Source: Eledone cirrhosa
Taxonomy: Eukaryota
NCBI GenBank assembly: GCA_964016885.1
Contig: OZ024741.1
Coordinates: forward strand, 339,760,001 to 339,824,000
DNA length: 64,000 bases
Direction of reading: 5' to 3'
Notes under the pieces: model-generated
Seen by the model: only the letters and a program-made list of their open reading frames with translations
Databases searched by the model: none
Told to the model about the DNA's origin: nothing
Made by a program: the position numbers and the translations under genes
Part shown: positions 26,702 through 38,898 of the stretch, piece after piece
Layout: each line of letters opens with the position of its first letter
Numbering within the stretch: position 1 is the stretch's first letter

Positions 26702-29576
26702 TATGGTATGCTCCTGCAGCAGATGTGTGAGGAGCTGGATCTGTGTGTTACCAACACCATGTTCCAACAAAAGAACAAATTTAAGACACATAGATGCATC
26801 CTGCATCTAAAGAATGGCATCTTTTGGACTACGGAATGTGCAGTGTGTTCGTGCTCTTCGTGGAGCTGAGTGCTGGACGGACCACAGCCTGGTACGCACA
26901 AAAGTGAAACTAATCACTAAACGTAAAATCCGAGCTCCTGGTGTTACACTGCCCAGAAGATTGAATGCTGCTCGTCTTAGGGATAAAAATGTGAAGAGGA
27001 CATTGCGAGAAGAGATACAGGTTGCAGATCTTGGTGAGGATTGGCCGACCCTTAAAAAGTCGGTTTATGATGTAGGCAGGCGTGTTCTGGGATTGGTGCA
27101 AAGAAAACATCAAGACTGATTTAATGAGAATGATGAACATATAGAAGACTTGTTGCCTGATAAGAGGCTACTCTGTCACGCTACTTGACAGCAAAATCAC
27201 AGGAGAAGAGTATGTTGCATAAGGAACTCAAGGATGTGAAATCACGTGTTAGGCGGAGTCTTTCTCAGATGAAGGATCAGGGGTGGAGTGAGAAGGCTGA
27301 TGAGATACAAGCTGCGTCAGATTCCAATAACACAAAGATGTTGTACAGTCTCTTGCGTGAAGTTTATGGACCGTCTTCTCTGGTGACACCACTCCGCAGC
27401 AAGGATGGCAAAGAACTTCTTCGTGAGTCACAATGAATTCTACGAAGGTGGCGAGAGCACTTTCATGAACTTTTGAATCAGCCGTCTGTCGTCAATGAAG
27501 ATTTCCTCAATCTCATTCCAGAAAATCCTGTGAAAGTAGCTCTCGCAGAACCTCCGACGCTTGTGGAGGTTACAGTGGCTATCTCGAAGCTGAACAGTGG
27601 AAGGTCTCCAGGTATGGATGGCATACATGCAGAGCTCCTACAATATTCTGTTGAGAGACTTCTGCAACATCTCCACTCTTTGTTTGGCAGGATATGGGCT
27701 AATGAATCCGTACCTGAGGACTGGAGAGATGCAGTAATGGTGGTCTTGTACAAGGGAAAGGGTAACAGGAATGATTGTGGGAACTACAGAGGTATATTAT
27801 TGCTTTCTGTCGTAGGGAAAGTTTTATGTAGGGTGTTTCTGGACCGTATGCTGAGACACATTGCAGATTGTGTTCTTCCTGAAAGTCAATCTGGTTTTTG
27901 TGCTGGACGCGGCACTACTGATATGATCTTCTCAGCTAGACAGCTCCAGGAGAAGTGCATGGCACAAGGTTTGGATCTGTATCAGATTTTTGTCGATCTG
28001 ACAAAAGCTTTCGATACTGTTAACAGAAATGCATTATGGAAGGTTCTCCAGAAACTTGTTTGCCTATCTCAGTAAAAAATGGAGTGAAACAGTGGGATAT
28101 TCCAGCACCGACCCTGTTTGCCATATACATTGCAATGGTTTTCTATATTGGATTCAGGAGCATGGTGTTTACATCCAATATCGAACCTCAGGCAGCATAT
28201 TTTACATCAGGCGCTTTGCTGCAAAAACAAAAGTATTTACATCAATCATAAGAGAACTATTGTATGCTGATGATTCCGATCTTGTAGCGCACACAGAGAG
28301 ATATGCAACAGATTTTGAATGCATTTTCTGATGCTTGCACTGCCCTAGGATTGACTGTCAGTCTCAAGAAAACCGTCGTCATTTACCAACCTGCCCCTGC
28401 TAAGCAGTACAGTGAACCAAATATCTATGTGTATGGTAAACGACTTGGAGTGGTTGATCATTTTGTCTGCCTGGGAAGCACTGTCAATCGATACAGCAAC
28501 CTTGATAATGAAATCCCATTCAGGATTAGGAAAGCAAGTGATGCTTTCGGAAAGCTAGAAAGGCGACTCTGGGGTCGGCGAGACATTTGCAAGAAGACAA
28601 AGATAAAGGTGTACAAGGCATGTGTACTCTCTTCTCTTCTTTATGCCTGTGAAACCTGGGTCACATATCGACATCACCTTAAGCAATTGGAGCGTTTCCA
28701 TCAGATGTGTCTCAGACGGATCCATGGCGTTCACTGGAGGGACCACATCAGTGACGTTGAGATTATGGAAAGCTCTCTGTGTGAAAGCATAGAAGCTCTT
28801 GTGCTTAAGCAAAGACTCTGTTGGAGTGGTCACCTTGCCAGGATGAAGGATTCTAGAATACCAAAACAATTCTTTTATGGAGAGTTAGCTAAAGGAAAAC
28901 GACCCCCACATAAACCAAAAAAGAGGTATAAGGATTCCTTTAAAGCCTCTTTGAAAGACGCTAACATCTCTGCTGATACATGGAAAAATGTTGCTGCTGA
29001 TCGTAATAAATGGAGAAGGACTGTATATGAGGGGAAAGATGCCTTTGAGGCATCTCGAATCGCATACGAGACAGTAAAGCGGAGTGTGAGGTAGGGCATT
29101 ACTGTTGCATTTCCAGACGGCGAAGGTCCTCCTATTGACATACAACGTCTGTGCGAGACTGCCTAAGCAAAGCTGGACTCGAAAGTCATCTTCGCAGTCA
29201 TAAAGTGAGACCAGTGGTTGACTACCAGGCTGCTGTTGGAGATGCTACTCATCATGCTTGCCAAGCACGTGGTAGAGAATGTAAATCAGCAGGAGGACTC
29301 AAACGACATGCATAAGTACATGAACTCCAACCACAGCCGGCTATTCCCAGTGAATGTTTTGGTTGCCAACTCTGTGCAAGACATTTTAGATCATTGGCTG
29401 GGCTAAAAAGCCACATTCGATCGCAGCGCTGTTAATTGCTATAATGTGTGTGTGTAGATATGTTTATGTGTCTGTGTGTATATTATTGTTGTTGTTGTTG
29501 TCGTTATTATTATTGTTGTTATTTTTTTTTTTTTTCTCGTGCAATGGCCATACTCGATAACAAGGGGGCAGCCATC

Positions 29577-29578
<2 letters not shown>
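26702..29578 (+). pseudogene. RTE-clade (BovB-like) LINE, 5'-truncated and decayed: APE C-terminus, RT, thumb, C2H2 fingers, 3' UTR
   Basis: DLCVTNTMFQQK, AECWTDHSLV, SPGMDGI.AELL, CGNYRGI.LLS, PESQSGF, FVDLTKAFDTVNR, LLYADD, SLLYACETW, WSGHLARM, FYGEL..GKR; internal deletion near 28070. Confidence 0.93.
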
Positions 29579-29644
<66 letters not shown>

Positions 29645-29729
29645 TTCGTTTTTTAATTTGCCAAATGCCCAGCCATCACACTCGCTCCATCATAAGTTTG
29701 TGCAATGAATTTTTTACCACAATTGAATT

Positions 29730-31882
29730 TGTAGCGGTTGTCTCCCTTGTTTTGATTAGGATCTAGACGGGAAGTAGAGCCCTTTCTGCAACTTCCGGTC
29801 AGAACCCTATAAAACTAACAACTTTAAGCTCTCATTCTCTCATTGCCTTTTCGGCACCAGGTCAAGAGCCTCTCATTTGGCTCTGCCATTCATTTGGCCA
29901 ACAGGCGCCTGGCCTTAGCCAGGCGTCCTCTGCCAGCCGCGTTTGCCTGGCAATCAAAACGGTAACTACTAACTTTGCTTCATTCTATCATCCTCATCTT
30001 TGACATGTCAACTATACTATCTACCATTGTTAATTAAATATCATACACACCAACAATGTATTCCTTGTTACATTCATACTACCTAGTATCCACATTATAT
30101 TGGTAACCATGACGTGATACGAACACGCAGCCGTTCATCCCTATAAGTGGTCACCCCAAAAAAAAGAAAAAAATAGCACATCTGGTTTTGTGTGAGTAAC
30201 ATTACGAATACACAGCAAATTTAGCGACAAACTATGAAAATACTCAAGGACACGCACACACGCACATGTGGAATTCGCACAGACAGACTTTTTCTCTCAC
30301 GCATCAACTAACTGTCGCATTTCACCAATATATATATATGTTTCTCGTTTCTTACAACGAACACTTTCAAAACAAAAAAAACAAAAAAAAAAAATTTCAC
30401 GATATATATATATGTTTCTCGTGTCTTACAACGAACTCTTTCAAAACAAAACAAAAAAAAAAAAGAAATTTGATATTCTTTAAAAAACATTTCAACAGGA
30501 ACATTTATTTTCGATGAACCATTGCCTTTTTGTTCATCGTTTTCTTCATCGTTCAAGTTTTTTTTTTTTTTCCAAAGTTCACACCAATAATTATGCTGAG
30601 TGAAGCCTTTCTTTTTCATCATTGTCACTTTCAAAATTGCACTATCATTTTCTCGCGCGTTAGAAATATTATTTTTTTAAACCTTGTATTAGCACGTGTA
30701 GGCAGCACAAATTCTCGATTCACAGAGATGTCTCTACTCACAGACATAGCCGCACACCAGAGATAACATTTCTCGCCAAGGATTCTTCAGCCTTAAGCTA
30801 TATTCTTCTATTTGCCGGTTTATAAATTTACAATGTAAATTTACCGTTGATAACCGCGCATTTATTAAGAATGCTTATTTCTCTGGTCGCTGGCCTCTTG
30901 ACCCTTCCAGGTCAACGCATTCTCAACATCGACCACCAACTTCGGCTGCTATTTCTAGCACTTTGCGCAACTCATCTTTTCTAAAAAATGTTTTTTACTG
31001 TGAATTTAAACACCGAATACGCTCACTCAGCGAGACAACAGCAGCAGCAACAGCAATATAACAGCAACAGCAACGGCAGCAGCAATACATCAACACAGCT
31101 TCACCAACAACCAAAGCCAGAGAATTTATTTTTGCAGCACTCTACCTGTGAGAAAATCCATTCGGAGGTTGGAAATTTCACGATATACCACAGAACAGAA
31201 ACCACTGCATTCATTCTCTGGAACACACTTTCTTTCCTACTGTCATGTGATTGCACACCTGTGAACTATATTTTGTACATTTGAACTTTGAGCTCTTCTA
31301 TTACTTTTACTTTATTACATTGTATCTTTGGGTGATGGATAGATGGATGTCCAGTCGTTCTCTGGCCAAGAGCGGTTGGCTACCTTGATATCTATCATTG
31401 ATTTTTCCAAACATTCTTTTGTCATAATGTTCATGCCTGTTACAACATTCTCGCCAACTTGCTACATATTTTCATTTCGATTTTTATACACTAAAATTCT
31501 GGCGGGAGGTTATGTAGCGGTTGTCTCCCTTGTTTTGATTAGGATCTAGACGGGAAGTAGAACCCTTTCTGCAACTTCCGGTCAGAACCCTATAAAACTA
31601 ACAACTTTAAGCTCTCATTCTCTCATTGCCTTTTCGGCACCAGGTCAAGAGCCTCTCATTTGGCTCTGCCATTCATTTGGCCAACAGGCGCCTGGCCTTA
31701 GCCAGGCGTCCTCTGCCAGCCGCGTTTGCCTGGCAATCAAAACGGTAACTACTAACTTTGCTTCATTCTATCATCCTCATCTTTGACATGTCAACTATAC
31801 TATCTACCATTGTTAATTAAATATCATACACACCAACAATGTATTCCTTGTTACATTCATACAACCCAGTACTCTCGCTATA
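29730..31882 (+). mobile_element. Non-autonomous LTR retroelement (Gypsy-like signals), 370-bp LTRs at 29730-30099 and 31513-31882
   Basis: LTRs start TGTAGCG and the 3' LTR ends CGCTATA (~CGCTACA); 4-bp TSD AATT (29726-29729, 31883-31886); PBS at 30101; purine tract ggcgggagg at 31501-31509; no long internal ORF. Confidence 0.92.
30101..30136 (+). other. Primer-binding site complementary to the 3' end of tRNA-Trp
   Basis: tggtaaccatgacgtgatacgaacacgcagccgttc vs recalled reverse complement of eukaryotic tRNA-Trp TGGTGACCCCGACGTGATTTGAACACGCAACCTTC. Confidence 0.8.
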
Positions 31883-33115
31883 AATTCATTAACGAATTTT
31901 CGAACTTCTTCTGTCAGCGATGCAACTCTTCTATCTTCATTAACATCGACGTATCCCAAAAACATTTCTTGAGTCTGTTCTTTCTCATCTACAAATCGCA
32001 AAACGCGTGATAATTGAGATTTCATTCGACAATCCGTCGTCTCATCAAACATAACAGCAACAAAGGATGTTTTTTCGATCATTGCTTTAATTTCACATTT
32101 AATTGTAGCAACTATACAATTAATGATCTCATTTTGAATATCACATGAAAGTCCAGAAAATATACAGTTAGCATTTTTCTTCACGAAATCTAAATGCGAT
32201 CTTAAACAATCATTGTATTCCGCTACTGCTTCATATATAGCCAAATAATTACCCTTGGTGTTTGAGTCTTCTGTTTCATCGTGTCCGCGAATTGATAATT
32301 CTTGACAGGCCAACATTTCAACACAATGAATTAACCTTTTCAATACATCACAATTTTTCTCAATAGTTCTATTATGCAACTGAATCGAAGCTGCTTTCCA
32401 GTAATCGATCTTTGTATCAATTCGATGTCGACCAAAGGTTTTCAGAGCAATTACGAAACTCAAGTGGTTCTGAGATTTTTTTGTGTCTTGTCAAAACTGT
32501 AATCAAATTGTTCAAATCGCAGTAACCGGTGGTTGTCCATGTATTACTATGGTGACAAAACAACAGACATGGGAAACAGAACAATTTGTTCAGAATGGGA
32601 CATCCCGTCATCCACTCATATTGTTCATAATATTTGGAATCATAATAACGATAACATTCCCTGCCGCTCACTTTCGTCTTTGTCTTAATTTCAAGCTTAG
32701 GTGTCTCTCTTCCTAGAATGATAATATTCTTTCTCTCTTCAAAGCTTATTGATGCAAAATATCGAGAAAGTAGAGAAGAAACTGAACTAATTGACTCTTT
32801 TGCCATCACCTGATGAATGAAAATGTGGAAAATGTAATTTTTGCGTAACTTTAAAAAAAATAATTTGATATATTTGAAATTAAAATTTAAAGCATTTGAA
32901 TGAATAAGTGACTGAAAAATTTATCTATTCAATCAGGAAAATTTCAACTTTACCTATATAATCAGGAAAATTACCCAGCTAAGGCGATCCGTATATTCTA
33001 AAATCGTCGGTGAAATAAGTGGCCGGTTTGACCACTTCCCGTTTGGACCTCGTGTCGTTGACGCATGCACGCCCCTCTAAATGACCCTTCTGGTCAAAGC
33101 CGCATGTAGTGTTAT

Positions 33116-33245
<130 letters not shown>

Positions 33246-33367
33246 CTTTTTTGTGTCTATACGTTTTAGTAAGCAGCCAAAATTCTGCTTGCTTCAACCA
33301 ACGCAATTGTTCAACTCAAGATTCTATAACGCATGCAGTGCATGCGTTGCATGCACAGACCCTTCGT

Positions 33368-33460
<93 letters not shown>

Positions 33461-33492
33461 TATATAACTATCGTATGACGTTTGACTAGAGT

Positions 33493-33625
33493 ATCCTTGC
33501 TGATGAGTGTACCAGCCCAGTTACGTAAATGTCTGCGTATATTACATGATTTTCTGAACATTGAGGACCTACGTATATCTGCATATGTGAAGATATGTTG
33601 CACAGAAGCGATATCGTCCAAGGAT
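33493..33625 (+). ncRNA. Type-I hammerhead motif with long stem-II loop (A15.1>G)
   Basis: atccttg-CTGATGA-...-GAAG-cgatatcg-TC-caaggat: 7-bp stem I, palindromic stem III, GUC site. Confidence 0.7.
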
Positions 33626-33737
33626 GGACAATTTCACATTTCTCTCTAGCTAAACACCACCACCGCATCTGCGACTAACTAAATGTGTGCACACTGAACG
33701 GCTGAGTGCAACTGCATTACTGCAATTCGGGTAATTT

Positions 33738-33890
<153 letters not shown>

Positions 33891-33973
33891 ATATATACAT
33901 ATAAAATAAATATATATATGTATGAATATGTATGTATATGCATGTGTACACACACATACACAGACATACACAC

Positions 33974-34070
<97 letters not shown>

Positions 34071-34466
34071 GCTCATTGTTATTATTTGTTTGCTGTTTCT
34101 ATATTGTGCATTATAACCGTAGTTGTAATATATGAAATTTGAAAATATTTCTGCCATTGAAATGACAAAACTCTGGAAACATTGGAGATGCCTTCATAAA
34201 TTATTGATGAAGGTTTACACAAAATTCTCCAACGTCTTTAGTGCCAAAGCTGCGAGTGACACCTTTGGACTGCTGCCAGCGGATTGTGCTGTAGGCAGGA
34301 TACCGATAAGATGTAGCTGTAAATATGATGTGAATATATATATATGTGTGTGTGTGTGTGTATGTATGTGTGCGTGCGTGTGTCTGTGTGTCTGAGTGTG
34401 CGCGTGTGTTCGTATGTGCGTTTGCGTGTGAATTTATATATATATATATTTGTATATATATATGTG

Positions 34467-34571
<105 letters not shown>

Positions 34572-35502
34572 GTCTGTATGTGTGTTTGTTTATTGGGTTT
34601 TCTCACTACTGGGAGTAATGGAGAACCGTTTCAAATGATTACCCAATGCAATATAGTAGATATAGAATGTATATTTATATGACATATTTTATCCTGACAA
34701 AATGATCATCTTGTTTCACATGAAGGACTAAAATGGGATAATAACTTTCTAATGATAAATTACGTCAAATATAAGAAAAAAATGTTTTTTTTATCATCAT
34801 GTGTGTAGTGCGCGCGCACACACACACACACATACATATGTATATATACACACATATATACATAAATATTAGCGTGTGTGTGGTGTGTGTGTGTGTTTGT
34901 GTATGTTTGTATATATATTATATATGTATGTATGCAGTATATACTCAAGCAATAGTCGATCTCATAAAATTCAACCCCCTATGTTTGGCCAAAATATCTG
35001 GAATTTTCTATAGGCCTCTTATAATAGTCGACACTAGTATTTCACAGATAACAGGTCAACATTTGTGGGTCAAGGTATCATCCTGTATGTAGAAATAATA
35101 CCGTTACAAAATCGTCATGAATTTAAGACAAACTTATGTTGTAGCAAATGCATCTAAAACTAAAAATTTATCCAAGCTTTTGCCCACTTTAATGCAGCCT
35201 GCCGTATGGCTGAAATTCTCGGTGCTTATAACGGAATGCTTTGTTGTTATAGTAAAACACCATATAATAGCAAGAACTACACATCATTTGATGGGTGCTA
35301 TATCACCATTACTAAAATATATGCACAAGATGTGCTGCAATCCTGCAACCTTTATATTTTCCTCATTTCCAAACACAATAAACATGCGTCAGCACTCGTC
35401 TCATCGTCCGTTTACATGGGAAGAAATTTTATTATTTACTAGGACGTGTGTTTTGATGCATAGAATCAGTAATATTATTTTGATTCATTGTGTTTTTGAT
35501 TT

Positions 35503-35842
35503 TATTCGTTTATAGTTCAGTTGGGCTTCGGCTACTGATACGGTACTTTGGATTCTAGCTCGAATGTCAAGCCCCTCAAATATCGCATCCATATAACAGT
35601 TGACCCCACAAATTTAAATTTAAAATCGTCTAAAAAATTAGACTTATATATATATATATAAGTCGAATTTTTCGACTTATATATATATATATAAGTCGAA
35701 TTTTTTAGACTATTTTAAATTTAAATTTGTGGGTCAACTGTTATATGGATGCTATGTTTGAATGTTTGAGGGGCTTGACATTCGAGCTAGAATCCAAAGT
35801 ACCGTATCAGTAGCCGAAGACCAACTGAACTCTAAACGAATA
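35503..35842. repeat. ~340 bp palindrome with nested central palindromes
   Basis: Arms are reverse complements (ctactgatacggtactttggattctagctcgaatgtcaagcccctcaaa); centre gact(TA)nagtcgaattttt cgact(TA)nagtcga. Confidence 0.93.
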
Positions 35843-36309
35843 GTCACTTATATATTATGAAATACTGTTGGCTTCTTGCTCACATTAATTTCTCTATTTT
35901 CATTCATATTTATACTCGGAATTTTCCCTAGAGTGCTTAACATTATTTGTGACTAATCCCGGTCTTTTGGGGTTTGGTTATTGTGTTGAGCTCTACTGAT
36001 GAACGACTCCAACCGCGACTATCCCACTGAAAAGTTTCGTGAAATAGTCTTTTTAAGACTATATAGAGAATTTGTAGTTTTTCCAAATTGAAGGATGAGT
36101 ATTTCAACTTTATTTTATTCTGAGTTAAGACTCTATTGATTTTTTCCCTGGATTTCACAAAATCTGTGGATTAAATCTGTCTTGATTTTTTTTTAATTGA
36201 GTTTTAATTATTTTCCCATATCTTACGTTAAATATTTTCCATTTTGACGTTATAGTCACTTTTATATTATGAAATACTGTTGGCTTCTTGCTCACATTAA
36301 TTTCTCTAT

Positions 36310-36315
<6 letters not shown>
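35840..36315 (+). mobile_element. 412-bp-period unit bounded by 64-bp direct repeats and containing a hammerhead (retrozyme/PLE-terminus-like)
   Basis: atagtcactt.tatattatgaaatactgttggcttcttgctcacattaatttctctattttcat at 35840-35903 and 36252-36315. Confidence 0.7.
35991..36068 (+). ncRNA. Complete type-I hammerhead ribozyme motif
   Basis: ctcta-CTGATGA-acga...tcgt-GAAA-tagtct tttta agacta-TA-tagag; all three stems pair and the core is intact. Confidence 0.82.
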
Positions 36316-36361
<46 letters not shown>

Positions 36362-36366
<5 letters not shown>

Positions 36367-36912
36367 AAAAGAGTCAGGACCCAGACGGCTGAGCTCTGGC
36401 CGTTTCGATTGCTAGATCTAAACTAACCCACCAGTATTAGGACGTCAGGGACCTAGCTGAACTTATCAAGGAGTACAGTACATATATGGGCATGCAGTCA
36501 AAGCAAAAAAAAAGCAGAAGTATCAAATCAAACAATCCTAAAACTTTGTTGTTTTTCTTGTGTCACTTTCTTGTCAATGATTTTTTGGGATGTCATGTAC
36601 ATGGTTAAATTCCTTCATAGCGGCGGGAGAGGTGGGGCGCTGAACTGGCCTGTAGAACAAAGGGGAGGGAGTAAGATGACATTCTGACCCGTGGGTGCCA
36701 AGCCGGTCAGGCGTTAAGAGAAAGATCTTTACAACTATCTCTAATAGGGGTGCCCTAATACTGCTGGTTTAGTTCGGATCTAGCTGTCGAAACGGCCGGA
36801 GCTCAGCCGTCGGGGTCCTGACTCTTTTCCTATTAGCCAATCTACTACCCTAAGTATCGAGTACTCTGGTGCGTTATGGTCCACCTGATTTCTTACCACA
36901 CTTTCTTTGTTA
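36362..36912. mobile_element. HHR inverted-repeat element family, ~550 bp copy inside (TA)n
   Basis: Arms 36362-36441 and 36753-36833 are inverted; ~80 bp one-sided tail; internal part homologous (inverted) to 42585-42685. Confidence 0.82.
36379..36474 (-). ncRNA. Type-I hammerhead motif with U3-A8 core variant
   Basis: Reverse strand: actcc-TTGATAA-gttcagctaggtc...gatctagcaatc-GAAAC-ggc cagagctca gcc-GTC-tgggt. Confidence 0.65.
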
Positions 36913-36924
36913 TATATATATCAC

Positions 36925-37154
36925 AGCAGTTTTCCAAGAGATGGCAACATGAATGGAGCTGTTATTTTCATCTAAAGACATGTTTTCCGATTCCACCCCA
37001 CCCGTCCCTATAACCTATGTAATTTCCCATTCTTTCTTCTGATGAAGGACTGGCATCCGAAATGTTAAGACCCTCTTCCTGTTATTTCAAGTGTTAACCT
37101 AATATATTCCTTCCATATACTCTACCGATTGTGTTCTTATTTCTGTTTACTTTT

Positions 37155-37165
<11 letters not shown>
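36925..37165 (+). mobile_element. PLE-terminus-like repeat with a minimal hammerhead at 37035-37070
   Basis: tctt-CTGATGA-aggactggcatcc-GAAA-tgtt-aaga; whole segment homologous to the reverse complement of 53355-53590. Confidence 0.72.
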
Positions 37166-37220
<55 letters not shown>

Positions 37221-37329
37221 ATTCTATTACAATTATATCGTCCACCAATTCACCCCACATAATTCACAGGCTCCCCTCAGTCCGCTCTATTCTATATAAG
37301 TGAACTTAGCTCTTACGTGGTGATTGGTC

Positions 37330-37745
37330 GCTCTAGAGTCTCTCGGTAGAGTGTTGATTTAGACGACGTTCTTACTGATTGTTCCTTCTATTGGATTCCA
37401 AGGAAACCAGCCTGCTTGATATTTCCTAATCATGACTTATGCAGTGGCCAGTGATTCTCTTTCTGAAACATTCGTGTGATTTGTTGTGTTTTCTAACCAT
37501 GATGTATGTGTTGTTCTACGCAGCATACATGTATAACACCCATCCAGTTGTTTATTTAGTATTTCTATAACTGTCAGTATAACAAGAATGATTCCACTAT
37601 TGCATTGGATAATCTTATCTTTTATCTACTTCAAAGCCACGAGGTCCATATTTTATGCATTTTGTTGCAACGCTCCATGCTAGTCCTTTTCTAAGCGCTC
37701 TGCCGCTTCATCCTGGTACTTAAAGTTGTTTACAAACCTCAAAAC
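37330..37745 (-). pseudogene. Decayed RTE-type LINE fragment (post-RT/thumb region)
   Basis: Reverse-strand pieces read VNNFKY, KGLAWS..NKMHKIWTS, KQLDG.YTCMLR, KRITGHC. Confidence 0.65.
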
Positions 37746-37931
37746 TTCTGTGTAGAAAATTTCTACTCAGAAAATGAAAATAAAAAAAATTTACATATAG
37801 TGAGTGCACACTCTTTTAAATTTTGAATGTTTTAAGTACTAGATACCTAAAACACCCATTCTAATAAACACAAACGTACGCATATACAGACACACACATA
37901 TGCGTGTTTCTCTGTGTGTGGGTGCACCTGC

Positions 37932-38093
<162 letters not shown>

Positions 38094-38296
38094 ACATATG
38101 TATATATAAACACATTCTGTGTGTTTTTATGCGTATCTAAATATATAGGTGAGACTGCGAGGTGAATGTTGAGGGATATTGAGCATATGGTAACTTTCAC
38201 CTATATTTTACATGTATATTACTATACGTATGTATGTTCTGGATCCATCATTTTATAAATTCCCACCAATAGTGATTGACAACACCAGATAGGCAA

Positions 38297-38370
<74 letters not shown>

Positions 38371-38559
38371 GCATAGGTCTTATTGTATGTGTGCATCTGT
38401 ATGTTTTGAGTTATATGTTATTTGCATCTTAAAGACGAAAATAATGATAAACAAAATCACAGGAAAAATTAATTTACCTTGACTGAAATGGTTTCTCCCT
38501 AAATACAATGTACACACAGATCCACACACACATATGCACTCACATACACACACACATAC

Positions 38560-38616
<57 letters not shown>

Positions 38617-38820
38617 CGTATATATAACTCTTTGTCTTTCAGTCTCTCTTTTCCTTATACATTCTCAAATGGGTCGACCAAATCAAATCAAAATTTACAA
38701 GGTAGTAGTATTAGATCCGGGATTAACAACATGTAATTTTTATTTTCATTTGGATTAAATCAATGTAAAATTCTATCTAAAATATTCTACTATAGTCAAC
38801 TATATTAAACGGACATTTTA

Positions 38821-38821
<1 letters not shown>

Positions 38822-38897
<76 letters not shown>
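38822..38897. repeat. (TAC)n microsatellite
   Basis: Direct inspection. Confidence 0.95.

Positions 38898-38898
<1 letters not shown>

Larger units (their letters stand above)
29645..32809 (-). pseudogene. hAT-superfamily transposase (TTF-type Zn finger/DUF4371, ZMYM1-like), split by an LTR element and 3'-truncated
   Basis: WMTGCPILNKLFCFPCLLF..WTTTG, LACQELSIRGHDE..GNY, VMFDETTD, EMFLGY (32809-31883), resuming at 29729 as FNCGKKFIAQTYDGASVMAG. Confidence 0.9.

Noticed and set aside
30101-30136. tRNA-Trp gene on the minus strand
   Set aside because: Only the 3' part including CCA is present, directly after an LTR; it is a PBS.
31813-31882. C-terminus IARVLGCMNVTRNTLLVCMIFN of the hAT ORF
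   Set aside because: It is read-through into the inserted LTR; the true continuation is at 29729.
29645-32809. Host ZMYM1/domesticated gene
   Set aside because: Frameshifted, interrupted and truncated; best explained as a dead hAT transposase.
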